Below, piece after piece: positions 32,301 through 45,252 of a DNA stretch of 64,000 nucleotides. The notes below the pieces were generated by a model that worked only from the letters and a program-made list of their open reading frames with translations, was not told the origin of the DNA and ran no database searches. A program made the position numbers and the translations under genes. The DNA is taken from NCBI RefSeq assembly GCF_964213995.1, contig NW_027590172.1, forward strand, positions 868,001-932,000, in the 5' to 3' direction. Source of the stretch: Mustelus asterias. Taxonomy: Eukaryota. How positions within the stretch are numbered: position 1 is the stretch's first letter; every line of letters starts with the position of its first letter.

Positions 32301-35300
32301 TACATTAACACTGCAATGAAGTCACTGTAAAATCCCTGAGTCGCCACACTGTAGCTTCTGTTCGGGTACACTGAGGGAGAATTTAGCCTGGCCAGTACAC
32401 ATTACCAGCATGCCTTTTCGGACTGTGCAGGAAACTGGACCACCCAGAAGAAATCCACGCATAAACGGGGAGAAAGTACAGACTCCGCACAGACACTGAC
32501 CCAAGCCGGAACCAAACCAGTGGCCCCGGCACTGTGAGGCAACAGAGCTAACCACTGTGCCACCATGGCACCCATCATTCCATAAGACAGGCATGATTCA
32601 AATTTATCACACTTTTTGCAAAGTAAACCGATGGAAGAGACTATTACAACTACCAACATATCTCAGTCATAACATCACGGGTAAGATCTTTGCTGGGGTC
32701 ACGCTTGAAATACATCATCTGCTTGCAGACCGGGTGTTCCTGATGTGCAGTGTAGTGACTGTGTTGGAACATTTACTCCAGCCAACAACTTCTCCATGTT
32801 CCATATGTGTCCATATCTTTAACGTACTTCGGCCAATCTCGCGAAGTCATTCAACACCGTCAGCAGGGCAAGGAATACAGGATTTTGGTGATAACTGGCT
32901 CTACACCAAAGCTCCTAATATCCATTCATGATACAAAAACGATAACACACAATGACGAATGGTAGCTTAATGGGCAGCACTTGTGGCAGAACTAACTTTT
33001 CAAAAATTGGCCTCCTCAATCATTAGAAAAGGTGACATATGTAAAGGAAGCCAATCTGAATTGGATGTGTTTATTGTGTGTCCTACATGTAGTGTAAATG
33101 GAAGGATGCAAGTGATCATTGTGGAATTAATTTGTATAAAACACGATGTAATTCACATAACACACACACACACCAAGATGCTCAAATTGGGTCCCGCACG
33201 GAGCACTCGATTCCAGAAATGATTTGGAAAGAGTCCAAATATAGATTTAAAAACATAAATTAAAAAGGTGAATAGAGAGTGCCTGCCCTTGACATGGACA
33301 CAGCGTCTGACCGTTTGTGGCATCAAGGAGCCCGAGCGAAACTGCAGTCAATGGGAATCAGGGGGAACAGAGTCCACTGCCTGAGTCATGCTGAGCACAA
33401 AGGAGGATGGTTGTTGATGGTCAATCATGCCAGTCACACGCATTGCTGCAGGAATTCTTCAGGTTAGTGACCTCGCTCCAAGCTTCAGCCTTCATCAAAG
33501 TTCAGAAGTGGGATTTTCACAGGTGATTGCACAAAGTTCCGCACCAGTTGCGACTCCTCAGTTACTGACACAGTCTGTGTCCATATGCAGTAAGACTTAG
33601 AAAACATTCAGTCTTTGGATAATGAATGACAAGGAACATTCATGCACCACAAGTGGCAGGCAATGACAGTCTCCAATGAGGGAGATTCCAAACCACCCCC
33701 CATGACATTAAATTGCATAACCCATCGCTGAATTCGCCCATTATCAACATCCTGGGAATTATAATTCGTGAAAATCTGAACGAAGACAGACGTTTAAATC
33801 ATGTGGCCACAGGAGCAGGTCAGACGCTCGGAGTTCTGCAGTGAACAACGCACCTCCTGAATTCCAAACTCCTATCCATCATCTACAAGGCAAAAGGCTG
33901 GAGTATAAACAAATATCACAGAACAGTCAAGCACAGGAACAGGCCCTTCGGCCCACCAAGTCTGTGCCGACACAAATGATTGAATATTCTCTACTTGCCT
34001 GACTTGTGCCACTCAAAAGCTCAATGTCATTCTAGACAAAGTAGATGCCTCGAAGAACACCCCACCCACCAGCTTCCCAAAGCCTGCCGCCATATTCTCA
34101 AAGGAATTCATGGTTTGACAACAAAAGCTGACTTTCCCAGTGACATCAAAATCACATGAAACGATTTTAAACATACCATATCTCTGCCTATATTCAGCTA
34201 GCCTCTGCGTCTGTCTATATTACAGTAGGCTGCGCCTGGATCCCATTCCAGGAGGTCATGTCTAAGCTTTTTTCCTGCACTTGGCTCAATATCAGGTGTT
34301 CGTATATGAGACACAGGCCCTGTTTATGTTATAATTTCTAAGTTATGGCTGTACTGAGCCATGCTTCTGCTGATCCGACAAGAGGCCGTGTCTCAATTCT
34401 TACTGCCTCAGAACATTTGCCAATGCATACTAAACTGGAGCAACTGCTTCATGCATGACACATGGTTCTGTCACAGTTACTTTGCTAATAGTTCATTAGA
34501 TTTTGATCAACTCGATCCTGTTTGCGTTAATGCTGCACCAGTCCATGTATTTATTTATTTCAGACTATATCACGTCTGAGCTATAATTGCATTTTGCAAT
34601 ACCTCCTAATTGCTGCATTGTCCGTATCTCTGTGTGTATCAGTCTAGGCCCTGTACCAGTAATTATTACAAATAAACTGGGCTCTGTCTCAGTTTACACC
34701 AGTCTAGGTGCTGTATCAGTAATCATTACTAATACACTGGACTCTGTCTCAGTTTACATCTGTCACTGTCCTGTATCTATTAGTAATTATTACTAATGCA
34801 CTTGACTCCGTCTCACTCTAAAGACATTTAGGTCCTGTATCATTAATTACCGGGCTCTGTCTCAGTTTATATGTATAAGCTCCTATGTCCAGTAAAACTG
34901 CACTAGACACTGTCTCAGTTTTATATTCCTCGACGTTGTCATATATATTTGTAATGTTTGTTTCATGGGATGTGGGTGTCACTGAAAAGATCAGCATTTG
35001 GCCTTTGACCATCCCCACATGGCACTCGGAAAGAAACCCATTTCTATTTTGCTGGATCAGGGTTTATGTTAAATTAGAGTCTGTCTCTGTTAATACACTG
35101 CTAGACTAGAAATCAGTTTATATTGCACTAGCCATACTCGCTGGTTCAGTAATATTTGATCCTGACCCTGTACATATTTCACTAGACTGTGTTAGTGTTA
35201 TGCCTGTACTTAACGTTGCCTCTATTTGAATGATGTCTGCATTTCTCCGCGGTTCTACGAGAAGAAGAGATATTATGTTGGATGAAAAACAGTGGTCTCT

Positions 35301-37344
35301 GGCAGGATTCTGAAACAGGCAGTATTGGATCGACAGTATTTGGTCGGTGCGGGGTCCCAGTGCCGAAGGGCCTGTTCCTCTGCAGTAACTTTTCTTGTTC
35401 TTTGATCTGTGTTGACAGTGCATGCTATACAGGTCTTAGTAACCATTCTCAATGCAGTCAGCAGAAGTAGATTTCAGATAACACTGCTTCTTTTCCTTGT
35501 TTAAGAGGATGCAGAGAATTGTGTCCCCCTAAAACTTTCCTCATTCCTGGCATTGTCCAGTGCAGTAAAAACTGAGACCAGGTCCAATGCAATATAAACG
35601 TGGATAGGGTCAAGTGCAGAAATAAGACTCCATCTAGTTTAATACAAACAGACAGGTCTAAATTAATACAAACCGATACAGCGTCTAGTTTGATATAAAC
35701 TGAAACATGTTGATGCATAATATAAACAAGGACAAGGTCTAATTTAGTATAGTCAGAGAAAGCATCTCGTTTAATATGTGTAGCGATAGGGTCCAGTGCA
35801 ACATAAACCGAGGCATGAACTTATATAATAGAAGCTGACACAGGGTAAATTTACTGTCTAATAAAGAAGCTGGTTCAATCTCCATGAAATTTGGAGAGAC
35901 GGCCTACTGCCCCATCAAAAGTTCACAGGACAAGAGTAACATGGGGTTAGCTGTAAAGTTCCCCCATGCATTGTCAAATTTAACACTCCCAAGTCAGGAA
36001 TAGCATGATTTTGATACAAAGTGAACCCCCCTCTCACTATCAAAATCAAACATTCCTGGAAAAGGGAGACTGTCCAGAAAAAGAGTGGAACTCCCTCTAC
36101 AAAGTCTGCTCAAACACAATGAAGGCATACAGACCAGGGACTCTCTTCTAGGTAAAACCACTTCTGCATTTTTCCTTCAGAGAATCGGGAGGCAAGTTTG
36201 AATTGGTGTTCGGTAGAGGGGGAAGATCCCTCGACACAGTCCATAAAATACACCCAGGTCAGGTACAGCAGAGATTAGATACGGATTAAATCTCCCTTTA
36301 CAAGTAACATCAAACATTCAAAGGGCAGTTACGTGAGTTTAGATGCAGACTAAATATTCCTCTACAATGTCCAGTCAAACAGTCCAAGGGCAGGGATAAA
36401 TACAGGGAAAATTTCTTTGGTACCGCCACATCGAATCCTTGTTACGAGGTACAACACAGGTTAGATACAGAGGAAAATGTATAAAATATCCCAAGATCAT
36501 AGAATGCTCAAGAGATCTTTTAGATTAAATCTCCCTCATGGATTCCAATTCATTGCGTTGCATTCCTTACTACTCTGGCTGAGAGAATACATTGGGCAAC
36601 ATTGAATTCAGGTTGTGGAGGGAAGACGATGAACTATCGTGAAGAGACAAGACACAGAACCAGAAGGAGAAAGACAGAGAGAGAGAGATGAAACACAGGG
36701 AGTTTCCACGAACACATTTGCCGTGTTATCACATTTCGGGATCAGATGGATTATTTCCTAATTCTGAACATAGATATTGTCATGATTTTTTTTCCTCATA
36801 TAATCGATGAATAACTAAAGTATAAAAACAATCATTTCTGGAATCCGTTGATCGATTTGCATGTTTGTCTCTATTTCTGTGCTGTGTTGGTGGGGAAATA
36901 TTTGTTGTGTTTTCGTCAGTCAACAATCTAATCTGGGATTTCTATTTCTGTGTTTATTTACATAAACACCTCACTGTTTACAATGAAATGTTCATGGCAG
37001 CAAAAACAGATAAACCGTCACTTATTCATTCGTTTCAACTCAAAATAGCGGTTATTTTAAGAATATTAACAGTTGGTTCAAAATGAATAGAAATATTTTT
37101 TAACATACATTACACCAGATGCTATTTAATTAAATGAATAAATACATTCTATTTAAGAATTTGTTCTGAAAGTTCTGATGTCACAATAAATAAAGTATCT
37201 GTGAACAGGCTGGTATTCCATTGAATGTTAATTTGAGTGATGATCTAAATTGCTTCAACTAGACAAGTTAAAACAAAGAGAACTGATGTGTGAAATATTC
37301 CTGTCATAATTAGTGATCAGACTCACACGAGGGGAGAATAAAAA

Positions 37345-37850
37345 ATCCAGTGTGGTTACAAGTAGCATTGCTGCCTCACAGTGACAGGGAAGCGGGTTCG
37401 ATTCCAAACTTGGGTGACTGTGTGTGGTTTTTCACATTCGACCATGTCCATGTGAGTTTCCTCCGGTGCTCCGGTTTCCTTCCAGAGTCCAAGGATGTAC
37501 GGGCTAGGTGGATTGGTATGATAAATTGCTCCTTTGAGTCCAAGGATGAGCAACGGAGAATCACAGAATCCCTACAGTGCAGAAGGAGACCATTCGCTTC
37601 ATCAAGTCTGCACCAGCTGTCCAGCAGGGCATCATTCCCAGGCCCAAGGTGGATTGGCGATTCTAAATTGCCCCTTAGTGTCCAACGATGTGTAGGTTAG
37701 AGACATTAGCCTCTGAATATGTGAGGTTGTCGGGAAACGGTGAAGGCTGGGCCTGGATAGGATGCTCTGCTGGAGAGCAGCTGCAGACTTGATGGACCGA
37801 ATGGCCTCCTACTGCACTGCACTGGATTCTATGATTCTATGCTTCTATGA
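37345..37850 (+). mobile_element. HE1-like SINE, rearranged/compound
   Basis: Family landmarks, duplicated ggtggattgg..taaattg segment, (TTCTATG) tail. Confidence 0.75.
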
Positions 37851-38540
37851 TCAGCAGAGGAATGAATATATTCGCATTAATCTCTCAGCACTTCCAACGT
37901 ATTACAACTTTCATTTTGGTAGAGCTTACATTTATAAAACGCTTTACCGGACTTCATGTCGTCCCAAAGTCCTTAAAACTCACTAATGTACCTTTGCTGA
38001 ATTTAGTCACTGCTATCATATTGCAAATACACCAGGTAATGTACGTACAACAAACTCCCACAAACCGAGATGTGATAAATTGCCAGTAAATTTGTGATTT
38101 TGTTTGAAGAATCAGTATTAAGGTAGGATATTGGGGAGAACAGCCTTGCTCTTTAGAATTATATCAATGAGATTTTGCATCCTGGCATCGATTTTAAATG
38201 TGAATCTGGTTCTCTATCTGCTTATGCACACTGACCTGCTCAGTAGCATTTGTGTTGCTTTAGTTTTAGATTTCCAGAATCGGCAGCACTTTACACTGTT
38301 GTTATTGATCCTCTGGATGTGAGCATCACTGACAAAGCCAACATTTAGTTGTCCCTGCTGAGAAGGCTGTTGTGAACCACCTTGTTGAAACCTGCCCTCT
38401 GGATGATTTTATTATTTGTTTTTCCATAGCAGCTTTGATACAACTAACTGGCCTGACCGGCAATTTCAGTAGTGGCTAAGAGTCATTTTCATCATAGTGG
38501 AATTGGAGTCTATGCAGAACAGACAGGGTAAAGATAGGAA

Positions 38541-39037
38541 TCTTCTGTTTTCAGTTATTTCCAAAGAGACGATGTCGTTTAAAGTATAAAAGCAAATTAC
38601 TACGGATTCTGGAATTGAAACCAAAAGAGAAAATGCTGGAAAATCTCAGCAGGCCTGGCAATATCTGAGGAGAGAAAATAGCCGACATTTCGAATGTTTT
38701 GACAAAGGGTCATCTGGAATCGAAAAGTAAGTTCTTCTCTCTACTTACAGATGCTGCCAGACTTGCTGAGATTTTCCAGCATTTTCTCTTTACTTTGTTT
38801 GAAGTGTCTTCGGGTGGAGTAAATTGATTCTGTATCCTGGGGCGGAGGAATTGTAGGCTGACCCAAGACTATCGTACTGAAGAAGACACTGTAAACACTG
38901 TTCAGGGACCTGTCGGACCCAGACCATCCAGTCACTGCCAACATTGAACGCGTTGGCTTTGCAGGTCAGTCTCAAAGAGTTTCAGGGGCGCCCAGTTTCT
39001 GCCTCTCGCTGACTCAACGCAACCTCCGATTCGACAC
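38541..39037 (-). pseudogene. IGHV: VH pseudogene 2 (FR1 to FR3, interrupted, no YYC, no RSS)
   Basis: VESEVALSQREAETGRP*NSLRLTCKANAFNVGSDWMVWVRQVPEQCLQCLLQYDSLGSAYNSSAPG, frameshift, IQNQFTPPEDTSN, [insertion 38586-38796], DIVSLEIT...LKTED. TGA at 38984-38982; acceptor changed from AG to AA. Confidence 0.92.
38586..38796. mobile_element. Palindromic short element with a ~9-bp target-site duplication, inserted in pseudo-VH2; relatives at 17810-18350 and 31660-32080
   Basis: TSD gtttaaagt (38577-38585) / gtttgaagt (38797-38805); internal inverted repeat aaagagaaaatgctggaaaatctcagca ... tgctgagattttccagcattttctcttt. Confidence 0.8.
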
Positions 39038-42019
39038 TTGTAAAAATATCTAAAATCCTATGAAAATAAAACGCCACGCACTTCGGACATACTCTCTCAC
39101 CTTTTCCCATCGGGAACAAGGTACAAAAGTCTGAGGACACGGAGAAACCGACTCAAAAGCAATTTATTTCCTGCTGCAATCAGACGTTTGAATGGACCTC
39201 CGTCGCATTAAGTTCATCTTTCTCTACACCCCAGCTATGACTGCAAAATTTACATTATTCACTCTCTCCCTTCCTTCCCTATATACGTTAAGCTCTGACT
39301 GTATAGTGCGCAAGAAACAATAATTTACACTGTGTACTAATTAAGTGCCTTTATTTCTGCACCTCTTCACAAGGGAATGGACATAAACAGATGACATTAC
39401 CTTATCAGGGTAAAGACGTCAGTCTGATTTGCAATAATTCTGTGTCTCTCACACATTACAGCGAAATATAATTCATTGGAAGAATTATTATCGATTTATG
39501 TAACTTAATGCTGGGATGATTGTGTTTCAGGTGTGGATAGCTATCACTGTAATTTGGGACTGGATATAAGAAGAAGGGAAGCAGTGGCCTCGCGTTATTA
39601 TCGCTAGACAATTAATCCACAAACTCAACTAATGTTCTCAGGACCCGGCTTCGAATCCCGCCACGGCAGATGATGGAATTTAAATTCAGTAAAAACATCT
39701 GGAATTAAGAATCTACTTATGACCATGATATCACTGTCGATTGTGTAAAAACCTATCTTGTTCATTAATGTCCTTTAGAGCAGGAAATATGCCGTCCTTA
39801 CCTCATCTAACCTACATGTGATTACAGAGCCACAGCAATGTGTTTAGCTCTCAACTGCCCTCGACAATGAGTGGGCAATAAATGCTGATCAGCCAGCGGC
39901 ACCCATGTCCATAGAATCCCTGCAGTGCAGAAGGAGCATGTCGGGCCCGCACCGACAACGCTCTTCCCCAGGCCCTATTCCCATCCCTGCTAATTCACTT
40001 GATTCTATGGGACAATTCATCATCGCCAAACAACCTAATTGGCATATCTTTGGACAATGGGAGGAAACAGGCAGACAATTGGAGAATGTGCAGACTACAC
40101 ACAGACAGTGACCCATTCCGGGAATTGAACCACGGTCCCTGATGCTGTGAAGCAGCAATGGTAACCACTATGCCACCGTGCCGCCCACGAATAAATTAAC
40201 AAAATAAACTCCTTATCTGATACAATGTTACACCTTATATTTCCCCAACAGCTCCTTAACCCTGTGAAAATTAACGGTGAAAGAAAACTTCTTGACTTAG
40301 AATTAAGCATTGAGTTGACAGAGAAACATAAAATTGACATTGACTTTTGACAAAGAAGCTAATGAATGAGAACGGACACGGCAATCAGGAAAGTTCTCCT
40401 TCAGCATCCAAGTCATGACAGTTCATTTTATTGGCGAGCAGCTGGTATTGGGAACACAGGACATCAGGACTTTGAGGCATAATGCACAATATCACAAGAA
40501 TAAATATTTTATCTTTCACTGAACCAGGTTATGAACTGGTCATTTCTTCACTCATTGGCAGTTATGAGAGGGACTGTTAAATAATCGAAACCAGATTATG
40601 CTGGACAACAGAACACGTTGTACATCAGGTATAAGTTTTTAATGAGGAGCAGAACATTGAGAATTTTCCAGAATCCCCGCTGTTCAAGGTAGATATATGA
40701 TTTTCTTTTACTTTTAATTATTTTCATTTTTGTGCCTTTACACTGACCTCATTGGACTGAGGGATTGGGGACATCAACATATTTTTCCTGCACTTCATGA
40801 AGTTGTTCATAAAGAGGCTTTAATTGTTGGAAGGACATTTCTTTGGAAGCTATACAAATGAAATAGCATCAAGTCAATTGGCTAGTTTCCGATACTTTTT
40901 AATCACATAATGAAAAGTGCATTCATTTAAAATATTTGCTGAGAAGAAAAACCATTTAAAATGTGCCTTCCTTTTGGGAATAAAACATTTATTGTATAAC
41001 TGACGAAGTCCCATGTTATCCTTACAGATTCACGTTAATCTGTCCTACGCAGTATTTGGCAACTGTCGAGGCTGCTGCCAAATACCCAAAAATATTTACA
41101 GGAAGCATCTGAGGGTGTTTGTTCAGTAAATCAAAAACCTGTTTCCTCAGTACTGAACACTTGGCTGCAAGCCAACTTCAAACTCTCAGCATTGTCAATG
41201 GGGCCTATTTATAAACAAATCTACCCAGCAACAGTACTGGAGGCAATTTAATTATTTTTAAGTTGCAAACATCTATGAATGTTTCCCATTTCTTCGGAAA
41301 AGAAAGTATTCAGCTTCTCCGGCACCTTGTTAGCAACAATGATGATCTCTCCAACACAACAAAACATTGATGGATGGATATAAAAACAAATACCGGCAGA
41401 TTATGAGATTGATTCAGAGAGGTGATATATTTTATACGAGATAAACATGTATGCTTGTGTTTTCTTTCACTTTATTCTTCCATGGGACGTGAGAATCTCT
41501 GGAATGGCCAACATTTATTCCCTTTGCCTAATTTCTCTTGAACTGAGTGGTATGCTAGGGCATCTCAGAAGGCATTGCCCAGTTAGTTATATTGCTGTCC
41601 GTCTGCAGTCACATCCTGATGAGACCAGGTAGGGATGGCAGATTTCCTTCACTGGGGAATCAGAGAGGTTTATCTGGTCGCTGTCAGTATGTATTCCAGA
41701 TTTATTGATTGAATTCAAATTACACCAGCTGCCAGGGTCGGATTTAATCTCGTGTCTCCACATTATTGGCCTGGGCTTCTGGATTACTGGTACACTGGCA
41801 TTAAGATTATGCCACCATCTAACCAAAAATAAAGGAATGCTTGCGTTGATGCAGGGATGAACGATAGTTGGATGCCTGAATGTTTTGCTTGAGAAATCAG
41901 AGAGTGGACGGATGGATGGGACGACAGCTGGTCCTAAAGTTTGCTGTTCTACATTCGCATATTTGTGATTTACTACTTCAAAAATCGAAGCAGGTCCTTT
42001 CTTCCAAGTGTGTCAGGAT

Positions 42020-44030
42020 ATAAGACCATAAGTCCATAAGACGTAAGACGTAGGAGCAGAATTAGGCCACTCTGTCCATCGAGTATGCTCCGCCATTCAA
42101 TCATGGCTGATATTTTTCTCATCCCCATTCTCTTGCCTTTTCCCCATAACCACTGATCCTCTTATAAATCACAAACCCATCTATCTTTGTCTTAAAAACA
42201 CCCAATGACCTGGCCTCCACAGCCTTCTCCGGCAAGAGATCCACAGATTCACCACACTCTGGCTGAATAAATTCCTCCTCATCTCTGTTTTAAAGGATCG
42301 TCCCTTTAGTCTGAGGTTGTGCCCTCTGGTTCTAGTTTTTCCTACCAGTGGAAACATGCTCTCCAAGCCCACTCTTTCCAGGCCTCGCAGTATCCTGAAA
42401 GTTTCAATCAGATCCCCCCATATCCTTCAAAACTCCAACGAGTACATATCCAGAGGACTCAACCGTTCCTCATACAGCAAGCTCTTCATTCCAGGAAACA
42501 TTCGTGTGAACCTCCACTGGACCCTCTCCAAGGCCAGCACATCCTTCCTTAGATATGAGGCCCAAAACTGCTCACAATACTCCAACTGGGTCTGACCACA
42601 GCCTTATACAGCCTCAGAATTACAACCCTGCTCTTGTATTCTAGCCCTCTCGACATGAATGCTAACATTGCATTTGCCTTCCTGAAACTGCACTTTAACC
42701 TTAAGGGAATCTTGAACAATGACTCCCAAGTTCCTTCGTGTTTTCGATTTCCTCAGCATTTTCCCATTTAGAAAATAATCTATGCCTCCATTCCTCCTTC
42801 CAAGTGCATAACCTCACACTTTTCCAAATTGTTTTTCAGCTGCCACATCCTGCCGACTCTGCTAACCTGTCCAAGCCCTTCTGCAGCCCCCCCCCTGCTT
42901 CCTCAATACTACCTGTCCCTCTACATATCTTTGTATCATCTGCAAACGTCGCAACAGTGCCTTCAGTTCCTTCCTCCAAATCGTTAATGTATACTGTGAA
43001 AAGTTGTGGTCCCAGCACTGACCCCTGAGGCACACCACTAGTCACCGGCTGCCATCCTGAGAATGACCCCTTTATCCCCACTCTCTGCCTTCTGCCAATC
43101 AACCAATCCTCTGTGCATGCCAGGATCGTCCCCTTACCACTATGTGCACTTAACTTATTTAACAGTCTCCTTTTCGGCACCTTGTCGAAGGCCTTCTGGA
43201 AATCTAAATAAATCATGTCCACTGGCTCTCATTTATCTAACTTCCTTGTTACCTCCTCAAAGAACTCTAACAGATTTGTCAGATATTACCTCCCCTTGAC
43301 AAAACTGTGCTGACTCATTCCTACTTTATGATGCACTTCCATGTACTCTGCGATCTCATCTTTAATAATGGAATTTAAAGTCTTGCCAATGACGGAAGTC
43401 AGGCTAACCGGCCTATAATTCCTCGTCTGCTGCCTCCCTCCCTTCTTAAACAGTGGTGTTGCATTCGCTACTTTCCAGTCCTCTGGTACATTCCCTGCCT
43501 CCAGTGATTTCTGAAAGACCACCACCAATGCCGCCACAATTTCCTCAGTTATCTCTTTTAGAACCCTGCAGTGTAGTCCTTCCGGTCCAGGTGATTTATC
43601 CACCTTCAGACCTTTCAATTTCCCCAGAACCTTCTCCTTAGTGATGGCCACTACAGTCACCTGTGCCCCCGGACTCTCCTGGAGCTCTGGCATTCCACTG
43701 GTGTCTTGCACTCTGAAGACTGATGCAAAGTAACTGTTCAGTTCCTCTGCCATTGCTTTATTTCCTATTATTACTTCTCCAGTCTAATTTTTCAGTGGTC
43801 TAATGGCAATCTTTGCGTCTTTCTTATTTTTTTTTTATATTGAAAAAAACTCTCCCTGTCTTATTTTATATTACTGGCTGGCTTACACTCATATTTCATC
43901 TTCACCCCCCTTGTTGCTTTTTTAGTTGTCCTCTGCTCGCTTTTAAATGCGTCCCAATCCTCTGGCTTCCCACTAATCTTTGCCGCTTTGTAAGCTTTAA
44001 CTTTTGCTTTAGTGCTGTGCTTGACCTTTA
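42020..44030 (-). mobile_element. CR1 LINE ORF2 fragment, degenerate
   Basis: ORFs 43286-43753 and 42836-43222 carry [33 protein letters not shown] and FADD; tail repeats at ~42020-42050; absent from the paralog near 27720. Confidence 0.92.
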
Positions 44031-44147
44031 TGCTGTGCTGCAAACTTCAGTCCTTCCAGATTTTCTCGGTGAATTCAATCCCCAAGCTATCGGGAACAAA
44101 TGAACTAAGAGCAGTCTGACTTTTTTTCCATCTGCTGATGGCGAATA

Positions 44148-44700
44148 GAGTCATAGAATCTTAGAGGTTGAGAGCATGGACACAAGCATTTCGGCCCTAC
44201 TTGTCCATACCGCCCTTTTTATTAACCACTAAGCTTGTCCCAATTTCCCGCGTTTGGCCCATATCCCTCTGTAACCATCCTACCCATGTACCTGTCGAAA
44301 CCCTTTTTAAAAGACAAAATTGTACCCGCCTCTACCACTCCCTCTGGCAGCCTGTTCCAGACACTTGCCACAGTCTGTGTGAAACAATATCCCCTCTGAA
44401 CCATTTTCTATCTCTCCACTCTCATCTTTTAGACTTCTCTACCATTGGGAAAATATATTGACTATCGAGCTGATCTATGCACCTCATTATTTTATAGACA
44501 TTTATAAGATCCCCCCAAGCCTCTTTCGCTCCGGAGAAAAGGTCCCAGTCTATCCAGACTCTCCCTACAACTCAAACAATCAAGCCCTCGTAACATTCTA
44601 GTAAAACCTTTCTGCACTCTTTCTAGTTTAATAATATCCGTTCTATAATAGGGTAACCAGAACTGTACACAGCATTCCAAGTGTAGCCTCACCGATGTCT
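44148..44700 (-). mobile_element. CR1 3' fragment
   Basis: ORFs 44492-44797 and 44222-44404 (LECCVQFW..LERVQK; WNRLPEGVVEAG). Confidence 0.8.
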
Positions 44701-44926
44701 TCAAAATCTTCAAATCCAAGATGGAAAGAGGGATTAGGTTGAGGGGGGAGTATTGTAATATTTGGAACATGTGGCCCTTTTGAGTGCAACAAATCACTCA
44801 ACATATCATCACCTAAATTAGTGAAGGTAACAGGCTAAAAATAATAATGAGGCAATTGAAATATTGTGAAACTCACTGGACAGACTCAAATGGTAAATGA
44901 CTTCCCAGTACTGTGTAAGTGTGCAA

Positions 44927-45252
44927 GGGCGGCATGGTGTCATATTGGTTAGCCCTACTGCCTCACAACGCCAGGGACCCGGGTTCAATTCCGTCCCCGG
45001 GTCACTGTATTTGTGGAGTTTGCAGTTTCTCTCCGGGTCTGTGTGAATTTCCTCCGGGTACTCTAGTTTCCTCCTGCAGTCCGAACATCTGCAGCTCAGG
45101 TTGATTGGCCATGCTGAATTAACCCTCGTGTCAGGGGCATTAGTGGGGTTAATATGAGGGTTCACGTGAACAGGGCCTGGGTAGGATTGAGGTCGCTCCA
45201 GACTCGATGGGCCCAATGGTCTCATTCTGCACTGTAGATTCTTTGTTCTATG
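44927..45252 (+). mobile_element. HE1-like SINE
   Basis: gggcggcatggtg...gacccgggttcaattcc B-box. Confidence 0.8.
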
